DNA from: Eimeria praecox
Taxonomy: Eukaryota
Assembly (NCBI GenBank): GCA_963920595.1
Contig: OY986947.1
Span: forward strand, 2,728,001-2,792,000
Direction: 5' to 3'
DNA: 64,000 nucleotides
Both the position numbers and the translations under genes were made by a program. Position 1 is the first letter of the stretch. Every line of letters begins with the position of its first letter. Positions 1 to 64,000 of this stretch are shown piece after piece. A model generated the notes under the pieces. It saw nothing but the letters and a program-made list of their open reading frames with translations. It was not told the DNA's origin and made no database searches.

Positions 1-339
1 GAAGCCTAAACAGAAAGTGTAAATACAAGCTCGTGACTGCGTTTGGAGTGGCGTGCTCCCCAACGAGGCAGTTGTGTGTATGCGTAGCCAGAAAAGCACA
101 CTAAGGTAGCCCAATAGCTGTGCAACAGAAGCGGTCGCATGGCAACAGAGAATAAACGCTGTTCAAGGAACCACGGGGATAAGGCCAATTGCAAACGAAA
201 TCCGTTGACCAAGCTCCACAAGCCAGAAATAGGGAAGATATTGATTGAATTGGAGGGTGAATCAGGGGGCATACATCGGCTGCATCAAAAGTGCAAGGAG
301 TGATTCCTCGCGGGATGCGACTAGTCGCGCGCAACGCAC

Positions 340-63292
<62,953 letters not shown>

Positions 63293-64000
63293 CTATTCAC
63301 ATAGAAACTTTGGGAAGCAGGCAGGGCAATAACGGGACACTTCGGTGCACTGCAGTATTGTGCCGCAAGCCGTGCGGAGACCACAACCCAAATAACGGTC
63401 CATGTAAGCATCAAGAGTAGACCGCTTCACGGTTGTCTATTCATTCATGCTATTACCTTGAGTTTGTCCGCTTCGAGAGAAGAATCCACCTTAGTCTTGT
63501 TTTCGGTCACACAATTCCGGGGATTGATCTACTCCAGCCAGAGGCAAGGTGCGATAGCAAATTTCGTTAGACGCAGGAGTGAGGAGTGAACAAACGTCGG
63601 AATAAAAGCATGGCTGCACAGGTTCCTCCAGCAAGGAATATTGGGGAACGACCGAGATGCTGCTTGATGCCGTGCACTGCAGGTAACAGGACAGTAACTG
63701 GCCACTGCTAGTGAAAGGAGCCAAAAAGCAAGGTATGCGGTATCAACAGGGTTGCTGAGCCACCCGCAGAAATAGACAAGCATTTAGACCGAAGTGCAGG
63801 CTATCCGAGTACCCAATGCCGTCATCGAACTACGATTCCTTTGTGGAGTGACACTGCCGCAGCCTTTAAGCATCCTCACCTTTTGTTTCAATCATGCAAG
63901 AGGAAACATTCTGAGACAAAGCAGCCTGCCTACCATCGGTAGCAGACCGTGCAATATATGCATACCGCTGCTCGCAGCACCTAACTACGAGACAAGGTCT

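Overview
Eukaryotic-looking DNA (about 50% GC, + strand visibly A/C-rich) with no recognisable long ORF, RNA gene, mobile element or CRISPR array. About 45% of the window is three young tandem arrays (units of about 3420, 1052 and 1607 bp) with older diverged flanks, plus microsatellites. The main signal is on the minus strand. A canonical-looking 5' splice donor (GTGCGT, also GTACG, GTAAG, GTGAG, GTATG, GTAGG, GTGTG, GTGGG) is repeatedly preceded, exactly 3 nt upstream, by an acceptor-like (C/A/T)AG, giving AG|NNN|GTRNG. By hand count, 35 of 40 non-redundant minus-strand GTGCGT hexamers have this AG, versus 0 of about 5 on the other strand. With relaxed donors I find about 140 such sites, typically 150-500 bp apart outside the arrays. 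Joined in order, the triplets read as a protein-like sequence: (KN)n, then (QE)10, then a globular-looking, possibly ubiquitin-like segment, then an E/K-rich and an R/E-rich tail, with only one stop triplet. The working hypothesis is a gene built from a chain of 3-nt, one-codon micro-exons, in which kilobase DNA repeats encode dipeptide or pentapeptide repeats. The alternative is an offset recursive-splicing system inside a giant intron. The motif is seen directly; splicing and coding are inference and need transcript data. All counts are manual.
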